Positions 18,988 through 28,325 of a DNA stretch of 64,000 nucleotides are shown here, one piece after another. The notes below the pieces were generated by a model. The model had not been told where the DNA came from, made no database searches, and was given only the letters and a program-made list of their open reading frames with translations. The stretch lies in the IMG/VR virus record IMGVR_UViG_3300046501_000233, positions 32,001 to 96,000 of that record; one strand, written 5' to 3'. Position numbers and translations under genes: made by a program. Within the stretch, counting starts at the first letter, position 1; every line of letters starts with the position of its first letter. The DNA comes from a virus.

Positions 18988-20220
18988 TTACGCGACTGGT
19001 TTGATTTCACCGAGCTTGAAGGAGCCAAGCTTCCGCCTGTCCCCGAGGCGCACGACCCGGTGAGTGATGGTGTTGACGAGGACGGTGTCTCGAAGCGGCT
19101 TCGCGGCGACGATCGCGTCGCAGGCGTTCCAGAGCTTCGAATTGTCGGTGATCATCCGGAAACCGTTCCGGAAGCGCCCGCCAAATCCCCTTGATGGTGA
19201 TCGCTTGCTGAAGACTTCGACCTTCGCTTCGGCGGTGAAGGCTTGGATGCCGTAGCGCGAATGGCCGCGATACCACTTGGCCCGAAGACCAGCTGGCAGA
19301 TCAGCCTTGTCGTGAAGAGAGAGTCGGTCGTAAACGAACTGAGCAGCGACCGTTTCGGTGCGGAAGTGACCGTCACCGCGGAACGACTTTGCAAAGGAGC
19401 GAAAGTTCTCCGCCGGCCGCGGCGTGTGGCGCTCGTAGATCGGGACCGGCTTGACGTTCTGAGGTGTCAAACCAGGCGTGATAGAGACCAGCTCGGAGGC
19501 GGCCTGGCTAATGCGAACCGTGACGATGTGGTCGGCGGCGTCAGACAGTTCGTAGAAGCCGTGACCACGAAACCCGGTGGAGCGGAAGTCGCGGGTGACA
19601 ATCCCGGCGAAGTGAAGCCGATCGACCGTGAGGCCGCCCAGCTCAACCGTGGACTCCAATCGAACCGGGACTTCAACGCCCTGACGATAGAGTGTTGCTC
19701 GCCGCCCGTAGATGCTGGGGCCGATGCTCTTCTCGCGGAAGTTATCGTTCCGGAAGGTGTAGCGCGGCATGCGGAAGTCGCGGGGGCCGGCGGGATCACG
19801 GATCAGGAACGGGTAGACACGAAGCTGCGGGAGCTTCCCGAGCCATTCGAGGAATACCTCGTTCGTCATGGCGGGGATGCGATACCCCCGCGCAGGCGGA
19901 ACGATCAGCTCGCGAAGCTTGGCGTCGACCAGTTCGAGATATGTCGCGACACCAAGCTCGGTGCCCTTCATACGGTGATGATCGACCGCGTCGGCGACGA
20001 CACGGCGCTTCTTGTCCTCGCTCCAGTCAGGATCCCAGATGTCGACCGACATAGACCAGGCCAGGTAGGCCAGGTCGTCGATGTGACACTTCCAAGGGTT
20101 CCAGAGATTGCGCAGGCGTTCGGTGTCGAGCGCCAGCAGTCGTTCAACCTGCGATGCCAGCGTGCGCTCATAGAACGTCGCGTTCGGCGGCAGGATGCCT
20201 TCCAACAGCCGAGCGGCCAT
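18988..20220 (-). CDS. baseplate wedge protein (P2 gpI-like) with Arg/Phe-rich extension
   Basis: ILPPNAT..ER, LWNP..C....L.YLAW..SVD.W...W.E..KR, H.MKGT. Confidence 0.92.
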   Translation of the reverse strand: MAARLLEGILPPNATFYERTLASQVERLLALDTERLRNLWNPWKCHIDDLAYLAWSMSVDIWDPDWSEDKKRRVVADAVDHHRMKGTELGVATYLELVDAKLRELIVPPARGYRIPAMTNEVFLEWLGKLPQLRVYPFLIRDPAGPRDFRMPRYTFRNDNFREKSIGPSIYGRRATLYRQGVEVPVRLESTVELGGLTVDRLHFAGIVTRDFRSTGFRGHGFYELSDAADHIVTVRISQAASELVSITPGLTPQNVKPVPIYERHTPRPAENFRSFAKSFRGDGHFRTETVAAQFVYDRLSLHDKADLPAGLRAKWYRGHSRYGIQAFTAEAKVEVFSKRSPSRGFGGRFRNGFRMITDNSKLWNACDAIVAAKPLRDTVLVNTITHRVVRLGDRRKLGSFKLGEIKPVA

Positions 20221-20223
20221 GGG

Positions 20224-21093
20224 TTACTCCTGACGAGTGTTTAAGACCTGCACGCTTGCGGAGTTGATCCAGACGACGGCGTTGGTGCCGACATCGATGT
20301 CGGTGAAGTCGATCTCGACATCCTGCACACCCTCTTGCGTGAGGGCGGCGAGCACTGCAGTGCGCTTCAGATCTCGACCGATGATCGAGACCCGCTGCCG
20401 CAGATTGGTCAGCGCTTTGTTAATGTCATTCAGAACGACCGAAGCGTCGGGGCCGGGGTAGAGCCTGATGTAGGCGTTCAGATCCGCAGGGATCTTGGTG
20501 ACGGGTACGACGGCGATTTCATCCGTCAGCGGCTTGATGCCTTTTTGCATCAGCTTGTCGTAGACGGCGTCCAGAAGCGTCGACGTGGGGACCGGTTCGT
20601 TGCCCTTCGCCATCACGGTGACGGTCACACGGCCTGTGCCGCGCTCCGCAACCACGGTAACGTCGTGGACATCCGCTGAGACGCTGAGGGCGTGATAGAT
20701 ATACGCGCCGTGCGATCCCGCGGTCGAGAAGGTCTCCATCGAGATCTGAATGCGACGACGGAAATGATCATCCAGCTCGTTGGTGAGCCGGAAGCACTGG
20801 AAGCGAGCGCCGATAACGTCGAGATCGGACCCGGTGGCGAAAGGCAGCATGACTGCCCGAGCCGCAGCGTTGATGCGCTGCCGGACGATCATCTCGCCGT
20901 AGGCCTCGGTTTCCAGAATGATGTTGGTGCCGGACTGCTCCAGCTTCAGCGCTGCGGCGAGTGCCGGGTTCTTCTCCAGAACCTCGGCCTTGTAGATCGC
21001 GAGCAGAGCTTCGTAAGTGATCTCCTCGATCACCTTCGGGGGAGGAAGGCGAGCGAAGTCGATATAAAGGCGGGGTGACTCGAAAGACGGCAT
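20224..21093 (-). CDS. baseplate J-like protein (P2 gpJ)
   Basis: LPPP.VIEE, RQRINAAARA.ML.FA.GSDLD, E.D..FR.RI, STAG..GAY, KPLTD. Confidence 0.95.
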   Translation of the reverse strand: MPSFESPRLYIDFARLPPPKVIEEITYEALLAIYKAEVLEKNPALAAALKLEQSGTNIILETEAYGEMIVRQRINAAARAVMLPFATGSDLDVIGARFQCFRLTNELDDHFRRRIQISMETFSTAGSHGAYIYHALSVSADVHDVTVVAERGTGRVTVTVMAKGNEPVPTSTLLDAVYDKLMQKGIKPLTDEIAVVPVTKIPADLNAYIRLYPGPDASVVLNDINKALTNLRQRVSIIGRDLKRTAVLAALTQEGVQDVEIDFTDIDVGTNAVVWINSASVQVLNTRQE

Positions 21094-21125
21094 GTTCCCT
21101 CTTGATGATCAGAGTGGACGCCGCA

Positions 21126-21479
21126 TCAGACGAGCGTTGTTCGGACCGATTTGATTGCGCTCTCAACGAGATCGACACCTTCAGTGGTGATGGTGATCGA
21201 GCCATCCGGGCCAAGGGAGTCGATCACTACGCGCCGGACTTTGAACTCCGGCTCGTATGTGTTGATCGCTGCGATGGCGGCCATGATGCCGTTCATCAGG
21301 ACTTCCTCGTTTCCGGGCTTGTCCTGCATGTCGAGAAAACTCGATCCCCACCAAAGGCGCATGATGCGCCAGCGCAATCGCGTGGTGAGGATGGTCCTGA
21401 TGCTCTGCTTGATGCGCGGCCAGCCCGAGATGTACTCCCCAGTGTCCCGGTCGATATCGACCAGGTACTCGGTAGCCAT
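21126..21479 (-). CDS. baseplate wedge W / gp25-like protein
   Basis: IKQSI.TILTT....RIMR..WGS...D..D.P, YEP. Confidence 0.92.
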   Translation of the reverse strand: MATEYLVDIDRDTGEYISGWPRIKQSIRTILTTRLRWRIMRLWWGSSFLDMQDKPGNEEVLMNGIMAAIAAINTYEPEFKVRRVVIDSLGPDGSITITTEGVDLVESAIKSVRTTLV

Positions 21480-21491
21480 GGCGGCCTCGCT

Positions 21492-21731
21492 TTACTTCCG
21501 GCGCTTGGCCGGCTTGTCTTCGGAGTCGACTTCCAAGAGGTGGATGTCGAACGAGCTGGTTGCGACTTCGTCGGTTTCTGCCGGAGCAGTAGCCGGCGCG
21601 TCGGCGGGCTTCTTCGCCAGCGCGTGGCCGAGATACTTGGCTTCGGCGTCCGTCAGCTCGATCGGAGTTCCGACTGCGACCAGAAGGCCATGTCGCCAGA
21701 TCTCGGTCGTGGTGGTGTAGGTCTTCTTCAT
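21492..21731 (-). CDS. small hypothetical protein
   Basis: G..IELTDAEAKYL; AGGA RBS. Confidence 0.6.
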   Translation of the reverse strand: MKKTYTTTTEIWRHGLLVAVGTPIELTDAEAKYLGHALAKKPADAPATAPAETDEVATSSFDIHLLEVDSEDKPAKRRK

Positions 21732-21742
21732 TCTTCTTTTCC

Positions 21743-23140
21743 TTATGACGCCGGGATCGGAAGCCCGGTCTGGGCAGGTCCGGCCATGACATCCGTGTGC
21801 TTGTGGGTGGCGCCGACGTTCTTGCCGTCGTGGGCCATCTTGCCGCCGGTCTGCTTGAAGCCTTCGCCGTTGAAGAGCCATTCGACTCCCCCGGCTGAAA
21901 TCTTCAGCGAGCCCGCTTCCTGGATGAAGGTGCTGTTGTCGCCGACGTTCGTCGTGATGGCGTTGTCGCGAACGCTGATCATGGAGTCGCCCTTGGACGC
22001 CTTAATCGTGTCCTCGGACATCTCGACCTTCGATCCGTTCTTGGCGGCGATGGTGATGAGATCCTCGGTCAGCGACATCTTGGTGTCGCCCTTCGAAATC
22101 TTCGCCTCTTCCTTGTTGACGTGGAAGGCCATCTTCTCGTTGACGATAAAGATGTCGTTCTCGTCGACAGCGATCGATGTCTTCGACTTGCCGTGCGTGA
22201 GCAGCCAGCCTTTGTCGGTGGCGAGGATCTGCAGCGTCTTCTCGGCGCCCTCTTTCGGGACGTCGGGCATCTCGCGCTTTTCCTGGGTCTTCTGACCCTC
22301 CCCGAGGGACTCGCCCTTGGGGTTCTCTTCCGGCTTGCGGCCGATCACAGTGTGGTGCGAGTTATTGGTCTCGCGCGTCCACATGTTCTGCTTGTCGGTC
22401 TTCTCGTCGTTCTTGGCCTGCATCAGGCCCTGCATCTTGCCCTGCAAGAAGCCCATCATGTTTCCGGCAGCGCCCTTGATGGCCTGCTGGATGGCGGCTT
22501 TCGCGAGACTGATCGGATCGCCTGCTGGGCCGATGACCTGATTGGCGAGAGCCTGAACCGATTGGACGTCGGGGATCTGGATGCCGTTCGGCCCGAAATT
22601 CAGGATCGATGGATCGATGCCGGCTTCCTGGAGCTTCGAAAGCCCCATGCTGATCGGGTCTATCTGCGAGAAGCTGGCAAACGATCCTGTGCTGGCAGAC
22701 CCGAAAATGCTCGGGGCCGGCTGCGATTTCTTGCTGTTCTCTTCATGCTCGATCAGCGTGACGATCTCGTCAGGCTTGCCGCTGGGCGACGGATGTTCCG
22801 GGCCGTAGTGATGCGGCTCGACGGTCGCCAGCTCGGCCATGCCGCCAACGGAGCGCATCAAGGCGTACTGCCCCTTTTTCGGGGGCACCGATTTCTTGAT
22901 GGTGCCATGGGAGAAGCTCTTCCACGGCTGCCAATCGCTCTTGAAGGTGGTCTCATTCGAAGGCGTCAAGCCTCCGGATGCTTCTTCGCTGCTCGGCTTG
23001 TCGTCCTCGCCGTCGTTCATCTTGACGTACCAGCGGTTCTTTTCGAACTTGACGTCAACGATCTTGCCGAGGCGCTCCTTGTTCTCGAACTTGCGCTCAA
23101 GATCCTGGAGCCGGCGCTCGGTCGCGAGTAGCGTCTTCAT
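21743..23140 (-). CDS. baseplate central spike (gpV-like), extended
   Basis: SDW.PW..PP..GQ OB-fold motif, ~9-residue beta repeats, C-terminal THKH metal-binding tip. Confidence 0.85.
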   Translation of the reverse strand: MKTLLATERRLQDLERKFENKERLGKIVDVKFEKNRWYVKMNDGEDDKPSSEEASGGLTPSNETTFKSDWQPWKSFSHGTIKKSVPPKKGQYALMRSVGGMAELATVEPHHYGPEHPSPSGKPDEIVTLIEHEENSKKSQPAPSIFGSASTGSFASFSQIDPISMGLSKLQEAGIDPSILNFGPNGIQIPDVQSVQALANQVIGPAGDPISLAKAAIQQAIKGAAGNMMGFLQGKMQGLMQAKNDEKTDKQNMWTRETNNSHHTVIGRKPEENPKGESLGEGQKTQEKREMPDVPKEGAEKTLQILATDKGWLLTHGKSKTSIAVDENDIFIVNEKMAFHVNKEEAKISKGDTKMSLTEDLITIAAKNGSKVEMSEDTIKASKGDSMISVRDNAITTNVGDNSTFIQEAGSLKISAGGVEWLFNGEGFKQTGGKMAHDGKNVGATHKHTDVMAGPAQTGLPIPAS

Positions 23141-23149
23141 CGGAAGGCC

Positions 23150-23725
23150 TTAGTCTTCCGGCGAAACGTCCAGCTCATCGTGCAGGGTGTTGCCGGCCAT
23201 ATGGATGTTGCCGCGAGCCGTGACCGTGCCGGGCGTCTGGGTGACGTGGCGGTTCTCGAAGAAGACCTGATCTCGATCGTAGGCACGGTTGTTGCCGATC
23301 GTCAGACATGTCTCCCATTCGACAACGCCGATCGTCACGCCGTCGCGGCGCAGGTCGGTATCGCTGAGGCGGGTGAGGTTAACTTCTGTGGCGGGGCCGG
23401 CGTTGAGGTCGCCGAACTTGTTGAGGTTTGCGAAGACTGCGATCTGTTCGATCCAGTCCCAGACGCGCATATCGCCGTCGCGCTGACCGCGACCGTCCGT
23501 CTCGACAACCACACACACGACCCGGAGGTAGGTGTTCAGCTCACCGGTGGAGTGATGCTTGGTCGGAGATTTCATGACGGCAACGCGGGCTGCCGGCGTG
23601 CGGAGGATCCACTCGCCGACATCCTTTTCGTCGAAGATGCCGTCGTACCATTCGACGTCCATCTTGGGGATGAGCGTCCGGATCGCGTCGCAGACGCGCT
23701 CGCGATATTCCAGGATCTTGCCCAT
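23150..23725 (-). CDS. tail terminator / Mu gp37-like protein
   Basis: G.FD, TPAARVA; position after virion morphogenesis gene. Confidence 0.65.
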   Translation of the reverse strand: MGKILEYRERVCDAIRTLIPKMDVEWYDGIFDEKDVGEWILRTPAARVAVMKSPTKHHSTGELNTYLRVVCVVVETDGRGQRDGDMRVWDWIEQIAVFANLNKFGDLNAGPATEVNLTRLSDTDLRRDGVTIGVVEWETCLTIGNNRAYDRDQVFFENRHVTQTPGTVTARGNIHMAGNTLHDELDVSPED

Positions 23726-24207
23726 TAGCCCTTACCTTGGTCGATGTAATCGCGCAGGATCTTGGCGATCCGCCGATTGTTCTCATCGGAGAAGCCGATG
23801 AACGGGCGCGGTGGGATGCCGGCCTTGGGCCGATACTTGCCGCGCATGTTCTTGACACCCTTCTGGTGCCACTCGGACTTCGGGTCCGTGCTCTCGATCG
23901 AGAAGCCGTTCTTGCTGAGCCCTTTGACCTTGATCCCCTTGTAGAGATCACCTTTGTCGTAGAGCGGCTTGTCGTGGCCTTTCAGCTGCACGGTGAGTGC
24001 GGCGAGGTTCGGCCATCGTTCGCCGTCCGGCCCGGTACGGGTGCGGAAGCGGTTCTGCGTCGAGCGCAGCATGTATTTTGATGCCTCGTCCCAAGCCGGC
24101 CGCATATTGCGTGACCGGTCGGTGATTTCTTCGAGGCGCTTCTTCAGCAGCGAGATCTTCTCGGCGCTGAAGCGGATCTTGACCGATCCGTTACGCTCGC
24201 GAGGCAT
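23725..24207 (-). CDS. virion morphogenesis / tail completion protein (Mu gpG, P2 gpS-like)
   Basis: T..RF....GPDG..W..L, L...G.L, HQ.G, IP.RPFIG.S. Confidence 0.9.
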   Translation of the reverse strand: MPRERNGSVKIRFSAEKISLLKKRLEEITDRSRNMRPAWDEASKYMLRSTQNRFRTRTGPDGERWPNLAALTVQLKGHDKPLYDKGDLYKGIKVKGLSKNGFSIESTDPKSEWHQKGVKNMRGKYRPKAGIPPRPFIGFSDENNRRIAKILRDYIDQGKG

Positions 24208-24613
24208 TGAAGGAGCCGCCGCGGCGCTTGATGTTCAGGTCGGTGTCACCCGTCCCGTCGCCATCAGTGTCCTGCGGCGGAAGGCCGAGGCCGACCTTGC
24301 CCTGGCTGATCTTGTCGAGCAGAGCGAGTGCATCCTCGTAGCGGACGCGCATTTCATCGGTCCGGCCGCCGCGCTGAAGGGCGATCTTGTAGACCGCAAT
24401 ATCGATCGCGCAGTTGCGGACGACTCCGGGGACTGCCGGGAGCGGCAGCGAATATTGGGCTGACAGATAGGCGTCGCAGATCTCGTCTGCGGAAGCCAAT
24501 CCACGATCGACAATCGCCGGGTCGGGGGTGCCGTCCCGGTCGTTGTCAGCCAAACGAACAAGGAGGTCTTCGCCGTAGAGATTGTCGATATCTTCCTTGG
24601 TCGCGTAGGGCAT
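24191..24613 (-). CDS. head-tail adaptor (Mu gp36 / DUF1320-like)
   Basis: YAT..D, A...CDAYL...Y.LPL..VP, DIA.Y, RYEDAL..L..I..GK..LG. Confidence 0.92.
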   Translation of the reverse strand: MPYATKEDIDNLYGEDLLVRLADNDRDGTPDPAIVDRGLASADEICDAYLSAQYSLPLPAVPGVVRNCAIDIAVYKIALQRGGRTDEMRVRYEDALALLDKISQGKVGLGLPPQDTDGDGTGDTDLNIKRRGGSFNASRA

Positions 24614-25017
24614 TACTTGTCCTTAGCCTTGTCGGCTTTCGCCTTTGCCTTCTTCGCAGCGGCGGCCTTTTCAGCAGCTTCCTTTTCGGTAGCAGCCTTC
24701 TCAGCAGCAGCCTTCTCAGCAGCAGCCTTTTCAGCAGCAGCCTTTTCAGCAGCTTCCTTCTCGGCAGCAGCTTTTTCAGCGGCTTCCTTTTCGGCAGCGG
24801 CAGCGATGGCAGTGTCGTCGGCGGGGTCAGAGGTTGACGTCGAGGCCGGGTTGTCAGCAGGCACCTTGGCCTCGGCGGCAACCACAGTCTCGTCGCCCTC
24901 GGCATAGTCCGGCAGCATGGCAGCGCGCTGGGCGCGGACTTCTTCGCTCACCAGCCGGCGGTTATTGCGCAGCTTGGCGGCGGCCTCACGGGCGCGGTAG
25001 CCCTTGGGGACGATCAT
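24613..25017 (-). CDS. Ala/Glu/Lys-rich low-complexity protein downstream of capsid gene
   Basis: GGAG RBS; (AEKAA/AEKEA)n repeats. Confidence 0.75.
   Translation of the reverse strand: MIVPKGYRAREAAAKLRNNRRLVSEEVRAQRAAMLPDYAEGDETVVAAEAKVPADNPASTSTSDPADDTAIAAAAEKEAAEKAAAEKEAAEKAAAEKAAAEKAAAEKAATEKEAAEKAAAAKKAKAKADKAKDK
24655..24800. repeat. 15-bp tandem repeat encoding AEKAA/AEKEA units
   Basis: About nine copies of GCAGCCTTYTCAGCA-like unit. Confidence 0.9.
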
Positions 25018-25084
25018 ACGGGTGTTTCTCCAAACAAAAGCAAAACCCCTCCCGGCGAACCGAGAGGGGCAATTGCGTTGAGGC

Positions 25085-26062
25085 TTAGGCGGCCAGCATG
25101 TGCTTGAACGCGACGATGCGGATCAGCTTGCTGTCGTACACGCGCTCCCAGTTCGTGCCGGTGGCGAGTTCAGCGTTGGTCGGCGTGACGCCGGCCGAGC
25201 TGCCCTTCCACTTCACGCCGCGGGGGTGCATGACCCACTGGCGACGGTTCACGATGTACTCCTGGCCCATGCCCTTCAGAGCCTGGCGCTCCACTTCGAC
25301 CGGCACCTTCGGCGACTTCTCGCCGTAGCCGATCGCGCCCTGACCGAAGATGTAGGTCGTGAACACGCGGGTTGCGCCCGCGCCCGACACCGGCATGCTG
25401 TCATCCTCGATGACGGTCTTGCCCATGTAGGTCGGGATGGTGAGCTTGCCCTGGCTGTCGGCCACGTAGTCGATGAGGTCAGCCTTGACCATCGCCTTCA
25501 GGGTCAGCGAGTGAACGGCAACGCCGGTCAGGCCACCCTGCTCGTCGCCGAGCAAGAACGCCGAGTCGATGAACGAGTCAGCATCGAAATACTGAGCGCC
25601 GCCGGTGCCGGCCGAGATGTCATTGACGTTCGCAGCCATCGTAGCTGCGCCCATCGCGCCGGCCAGCGAGGCGAGCAGCGCCTTCTGGAAGCGGATGTCC
25701 CACCAGGTGGCGAAGCGGTCAGCGATCGCTTCGATCGGATCGGCGCCGGACAGGTCGGCCGCGAGGTCCGACGTACCGAATGCCTTACCGCGCAGCAGCT
25801 TCACTGCCACGTCCTGGCCGGTCGTCATACGACCAACGGTCAGGTCAGCGGTGTCGTCGAGCACGACTTCGGCGTCCTCGGAGTCGAGGTCGTTGAAGAA
25901 GGGCATGTTGACGGTCTTGCCGGCGATTTCGGCGTCGATCGTCGAGGTCAGGTCGGTGATGATACCCGACTGGAAGAGCCGCGACTTCTGGGTCGTCAGC
26001 GTCTGGACGTAGTTGTTGAACTTGGTCGGGACAATCATGTCCGCGAGACGGGTCTCAGTCAT
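25085..26062 (-). CDS. major capsid protein
   Basis: TRLADMIVP..F..Y, SGII, TVNMPFF.DL, A..L.RG.A....DLA..LSG.DP, MHPRG.KW, PTNAELA...NW.RVY..K.I. Confidence 0.95.
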   Translation of the reverse strand: MTETRLADMIVPTKFNNYVQTLTTQKSRLFQSGIITDLTSTIDAEIAGKTVNMPFFNDLDSEDAEVVLDDTADLTVGRMTTGQDVAVKLLRGKAFGTSDLAADLSGADPIEAIADRFATWWDIRFQKALLASLAGAMGAATMAANVNDISAGTGGAQYFDADSFIDSAFLLGDEQGGLTGVAVHSLTLKAMVKADLIDYVADSQGKLTIPTYMGKTVIEDDSMPVSGAGATRVFTTYIFGQGAIGYGEKSPKVPVEVERQALKGMGQEYIVNRRQWVMHPRGVKWKGSSAGVTPTNAELATGTNWERVYDSKLIRIVAFKHMLAA

Positions 26063-26104
26063 TTCTCACTCTTGAGGTTCTGACTGGCCTGACCCCTGAA
26101 ACGC

Positions 26105-26131
26105 AAAAAGCCGCCCCCGAGGGAGCGGCTT
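26105..26131 (-). terminator. intrinsic terminator/attenuator between scaffold and capsid genes
   Basis: AGCCGC..GCGGCT plus TTTTT on - strand. Confidence 0.7.
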
Positions 26132-26157
26132 CGTATTCGTGCGAGCTGCGTGAAGAC

Positions 26158-27042
26158 TTAGTCTTCGACGCCGGCTTCTGCCTTCAGGCGCTTGGCCAGT
26201 TCTGGTTTGGTGTTTTCGAGCAGCATCTGCTGCGTGAAGTTCCGGCTCTCTTCCTTCCAGGGGTTCTTTTCCTTGGAAGCAGGAGCGCCGTGGTTGGCCG
26301 GCTTGACGCCGATGCCGCGCTTGTCGTCGGGCTTGAACAGTCCAGCCCGCGTCTCGCGGATCTCACCAAGGAGATCTGCGACCGAAACTGGGGTGCCCAG
26401 GTGGTCCTTGATCCGGGGATTGCCGTTGGCATCGATCACGTCCACCTTGATCTGCCCATCGACCAACGAGGTCTTGATGGACTTGGTGGCGATCATCTCG
26501 ATGGCTTCGCGCGCATCATCCAGCGGATTGAGTTTTGCAAGTTCATCCTTGATGGCGTTGTCGCGCATCAGAGTCTGAAGCTGCCCCGTGAGGCTGCCGA
26601 TCGTCTTCTCCGCGCCGGTGACCTTCTGGGTCAGCTCGGTCTCGCGCAGAGTGAACTGCTGAGTGAGCTGGTCCTTGAGGGTGCCGAACTTGGTGTTGGC
26701 GATCGCTTCAGCTTCTTTCTCGGGATCGAGTGCTGACAGTCGTGCTGCAGTTTCCATGGCGGTGCGAGCCGCGTCCGGAGTGATGTCACCGAAGGCCGTA
26801 GCACGCTCGATGGCGGTGCGGGCGACGGTGGGATCCAGGCCTTCGAAAGGCTGGAGCTGCGCCTTCAAGACTGAAACGCTCTGGCGCTCGGCGCCGAGGG
26901 CGGTCTTGAGACCGGTGACATTGTCGAGTTCGAAGCCTTCGACCGGCGTTACGTTGACATAGAACTTCCCGTTCCGTTCGACGTAAAACCCGCGATGCGC
27001 TTCATCGACGGTGTTGAGATCAGTAACGACTGCTTTAAGCAT
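26158..27042 (-). CDS. capsid scaffolding protein
   Basis: MLKAVV..L..VDE..R.FY.E..GKF, V.GLK.AL..ER, coiled coil, NPW..E..N.TQQ..L...PELA.RLK.EAG; upstream of capsid. The track's 27390 start is probably overextended. Confidence 0.88.
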   Translation of the reverse strand: MLKAVVTDLNTVDEAHRGFYVERNGKFYVNVTPVEGFELDNVTGLKTALGAERQSVSVLKAQLQPFEGLDPTVARTAIERATAFGDITPDAARTAMETAARLSALDPEKEAEAIANTKFGTLKDQLTQQFTLRETELTQKVTGAEKTIGSLTGQLQTLMRDNAIKDELAKLNPLDDAREAIEMIATKSIKTSLVDGQIKVDVIDANGNPRIKDHLGTPVSVADLLGEIRETRAGLFKPDDKRGIGVKPANHGAPASKEKNPWKEESRNFTQQMLLENTKPELAKRLKAEAGVED

Positions 27043-27400
27043 ATCCATCCCGGAAATGCGGGGCATCCCGCCCCTCGTAGAGAAAAGACCTTCAGCATCC
27101 CGCCGAAGGTCCGGTGTCATCCCCGAGGTTCGGGGAATCGGTAGAGACAGCACTGATCGTTCCAAGGGCCATCCCGGCTCTCGGTTGGTTTGATCAGCGA
27201 TGTCGAATTGGTGCGTAGGGCCGGAGACGATCCAGCACCTACACGGTAGGTTCTCAGCGGCGGCGCGGGCGTGCGACGCGCTCTTTAGGCATCCCTGCTC
27301 GTCTTGGTGGAGTGCGAGCTGGGACCGCTGAAGTCGCGCTCGACTGGTGGCACCCAGGAGCGCGAAAAAGAGAGGGCCGCTTCGCCGCATCCCGCGGCAG
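27043..27400 (-). promoter_or_regulatory. structured 5' leader of scaffold gene with 7 GGGAUG motifs, mostly in hairpin loops
   Basis: CATCCC on + strand at 27046, 27064, 27096, 27118, 27170, 27290, 27388. Confidence 0.75.
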
Positions 27401-27405
27401 AAACG

Positions 27406-27437
27406 AAAAAGCCCGCCGCGAATGAACGGGGCGGGCT
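27406..27437 (-). terminator. intrinsic terminator
   Basis: AGCCCGCC..GGCGGGCT plus TTTTT. Confidence 0.75.
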
Positions 27438-27459
27438 GTCTTGGATCTTGGTGTTGCGC

Positions 27460-27771
27460 TTATGCAGCGCTGCGCAATGCCTCGGGCTCGATCACCGTGT
27501 ACTGGGTGAAGGTCTCGGGCTTGCAAAATTCTATGATGCCGTCCTCGTGGAGGAGGACGATGTCTCCTGCGATGCAGGAGAGGATGCCGAAGGGGGAGAG
27601 CGTCGAGAACCCGCCCTTGTTGTTGATTTGCAGCTCACCCGACTGGATGCGCTCGATCAACCACTGCGGCGGCGTGTCGTCAGCAATCTGACCCCAGAGA
27701 GGCAACTTGAAGGCTTGGACAATCGAAAGTCGTTCGAGCAGCTTCACGGGCACTCCATTTGCATTCTGCAT
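27460..27771 (-). CDS. hypothetical phage protein (start uncertain, possibly internal GTG)
   Basis: VQAF..P.W, T..G....AGD.V..DG...CKPETF...Y pattern of a common small phage family. Confidence 0.65.
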   Translation of the reverse strand: MQNANGVPVKLLERLSIVQAFKLPLWGQIADDTPPQWLIERIQSGELQINNKGGFSTLSPFGILSCIAGDIVLLHEDGIIEFCKPETFTQYTVIEPEALRSAA

Positions 27772-27773
27772 GA

Positions 27774-27803
27774 CTTATACGCACGGTTGGGCGCATTTGT
27801 CAA
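27774..27803 (-). promoter_or_regulatory. sigma70-like promoter TTGACA-N18-TATAAG flanked by TGCAAA boxes
   Basis: Read directly on - strand; shares TTGACAAATGC with promoter at 41935-41963. Confidence 0.65.
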
Positions 27804-27983
27804 CCCCTGTAGAGCAAAAAGCAAAACAAAATGCAAATGAGTTCGAACTGTGGTCAGTTCTTGGCCGCAATGCGGAAAATAAACCACGCAACCAGGGCAA
27901 AGGGTGTCATCAGCCCGAGACCAACGGCGAGGAGAACGATGCCGGCCGCCTTGCGGGCGGGGCTGATCTTGACGGGGGGTGCT

Positions 27984-28286
27984 TCAGACATTGGAGGCCT
28001 TTGCAGGATGCAGCGGCGTGACCGAGGCGGCGGTGCGCTTCTCCCCGCGCTTACGCGGAGGCTTAGACACCGTCGCCTTGTCGTTCATGACCGACCGGCG
28101 GGTTTTGACGTCGAACTTCGGCTTGAAGCACACGGCGCAGCAGTAGGCCTCACTTCCAACGAGCTTGCCCATGAACACCACGGAGGCGGGGATCATCCGG
28201 ACGAGCGCCCGGACGTCTTCCCCACGCTCCTTGGAGCAGGGCTCGCATCGGTATTCCGATGCTTCAATGTTGAGAACGATTGCCAT
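27984..28286 (-). CDS. small putative zinc-binding protein
   Basis: CEPC ... CCAVC, basic C-terminus. Confidence 0.55.
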   Translation of the reverse strand: MAIVLNIEASEYRCEPCSKERGEDVRALVRMIPASVVFMGKLVGSEAYCCAVCFKPKFDVKTRRSVMNDKATVSKPPRKRGEKRTAASVTPLHPAKASNV

Positions 28287-28325
28287 TTGCTTTCGGCTAC
28301 CATGCGCTTGCAAGCGCGTCAACGA

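Noticed and set aside
24655-24800. Regular repeat as possible CRISPR or DGR
   Set aside because: Contiguous in-frame 15-bp coding repeat with no spacers; no cas or reverse transcriptase gene in window
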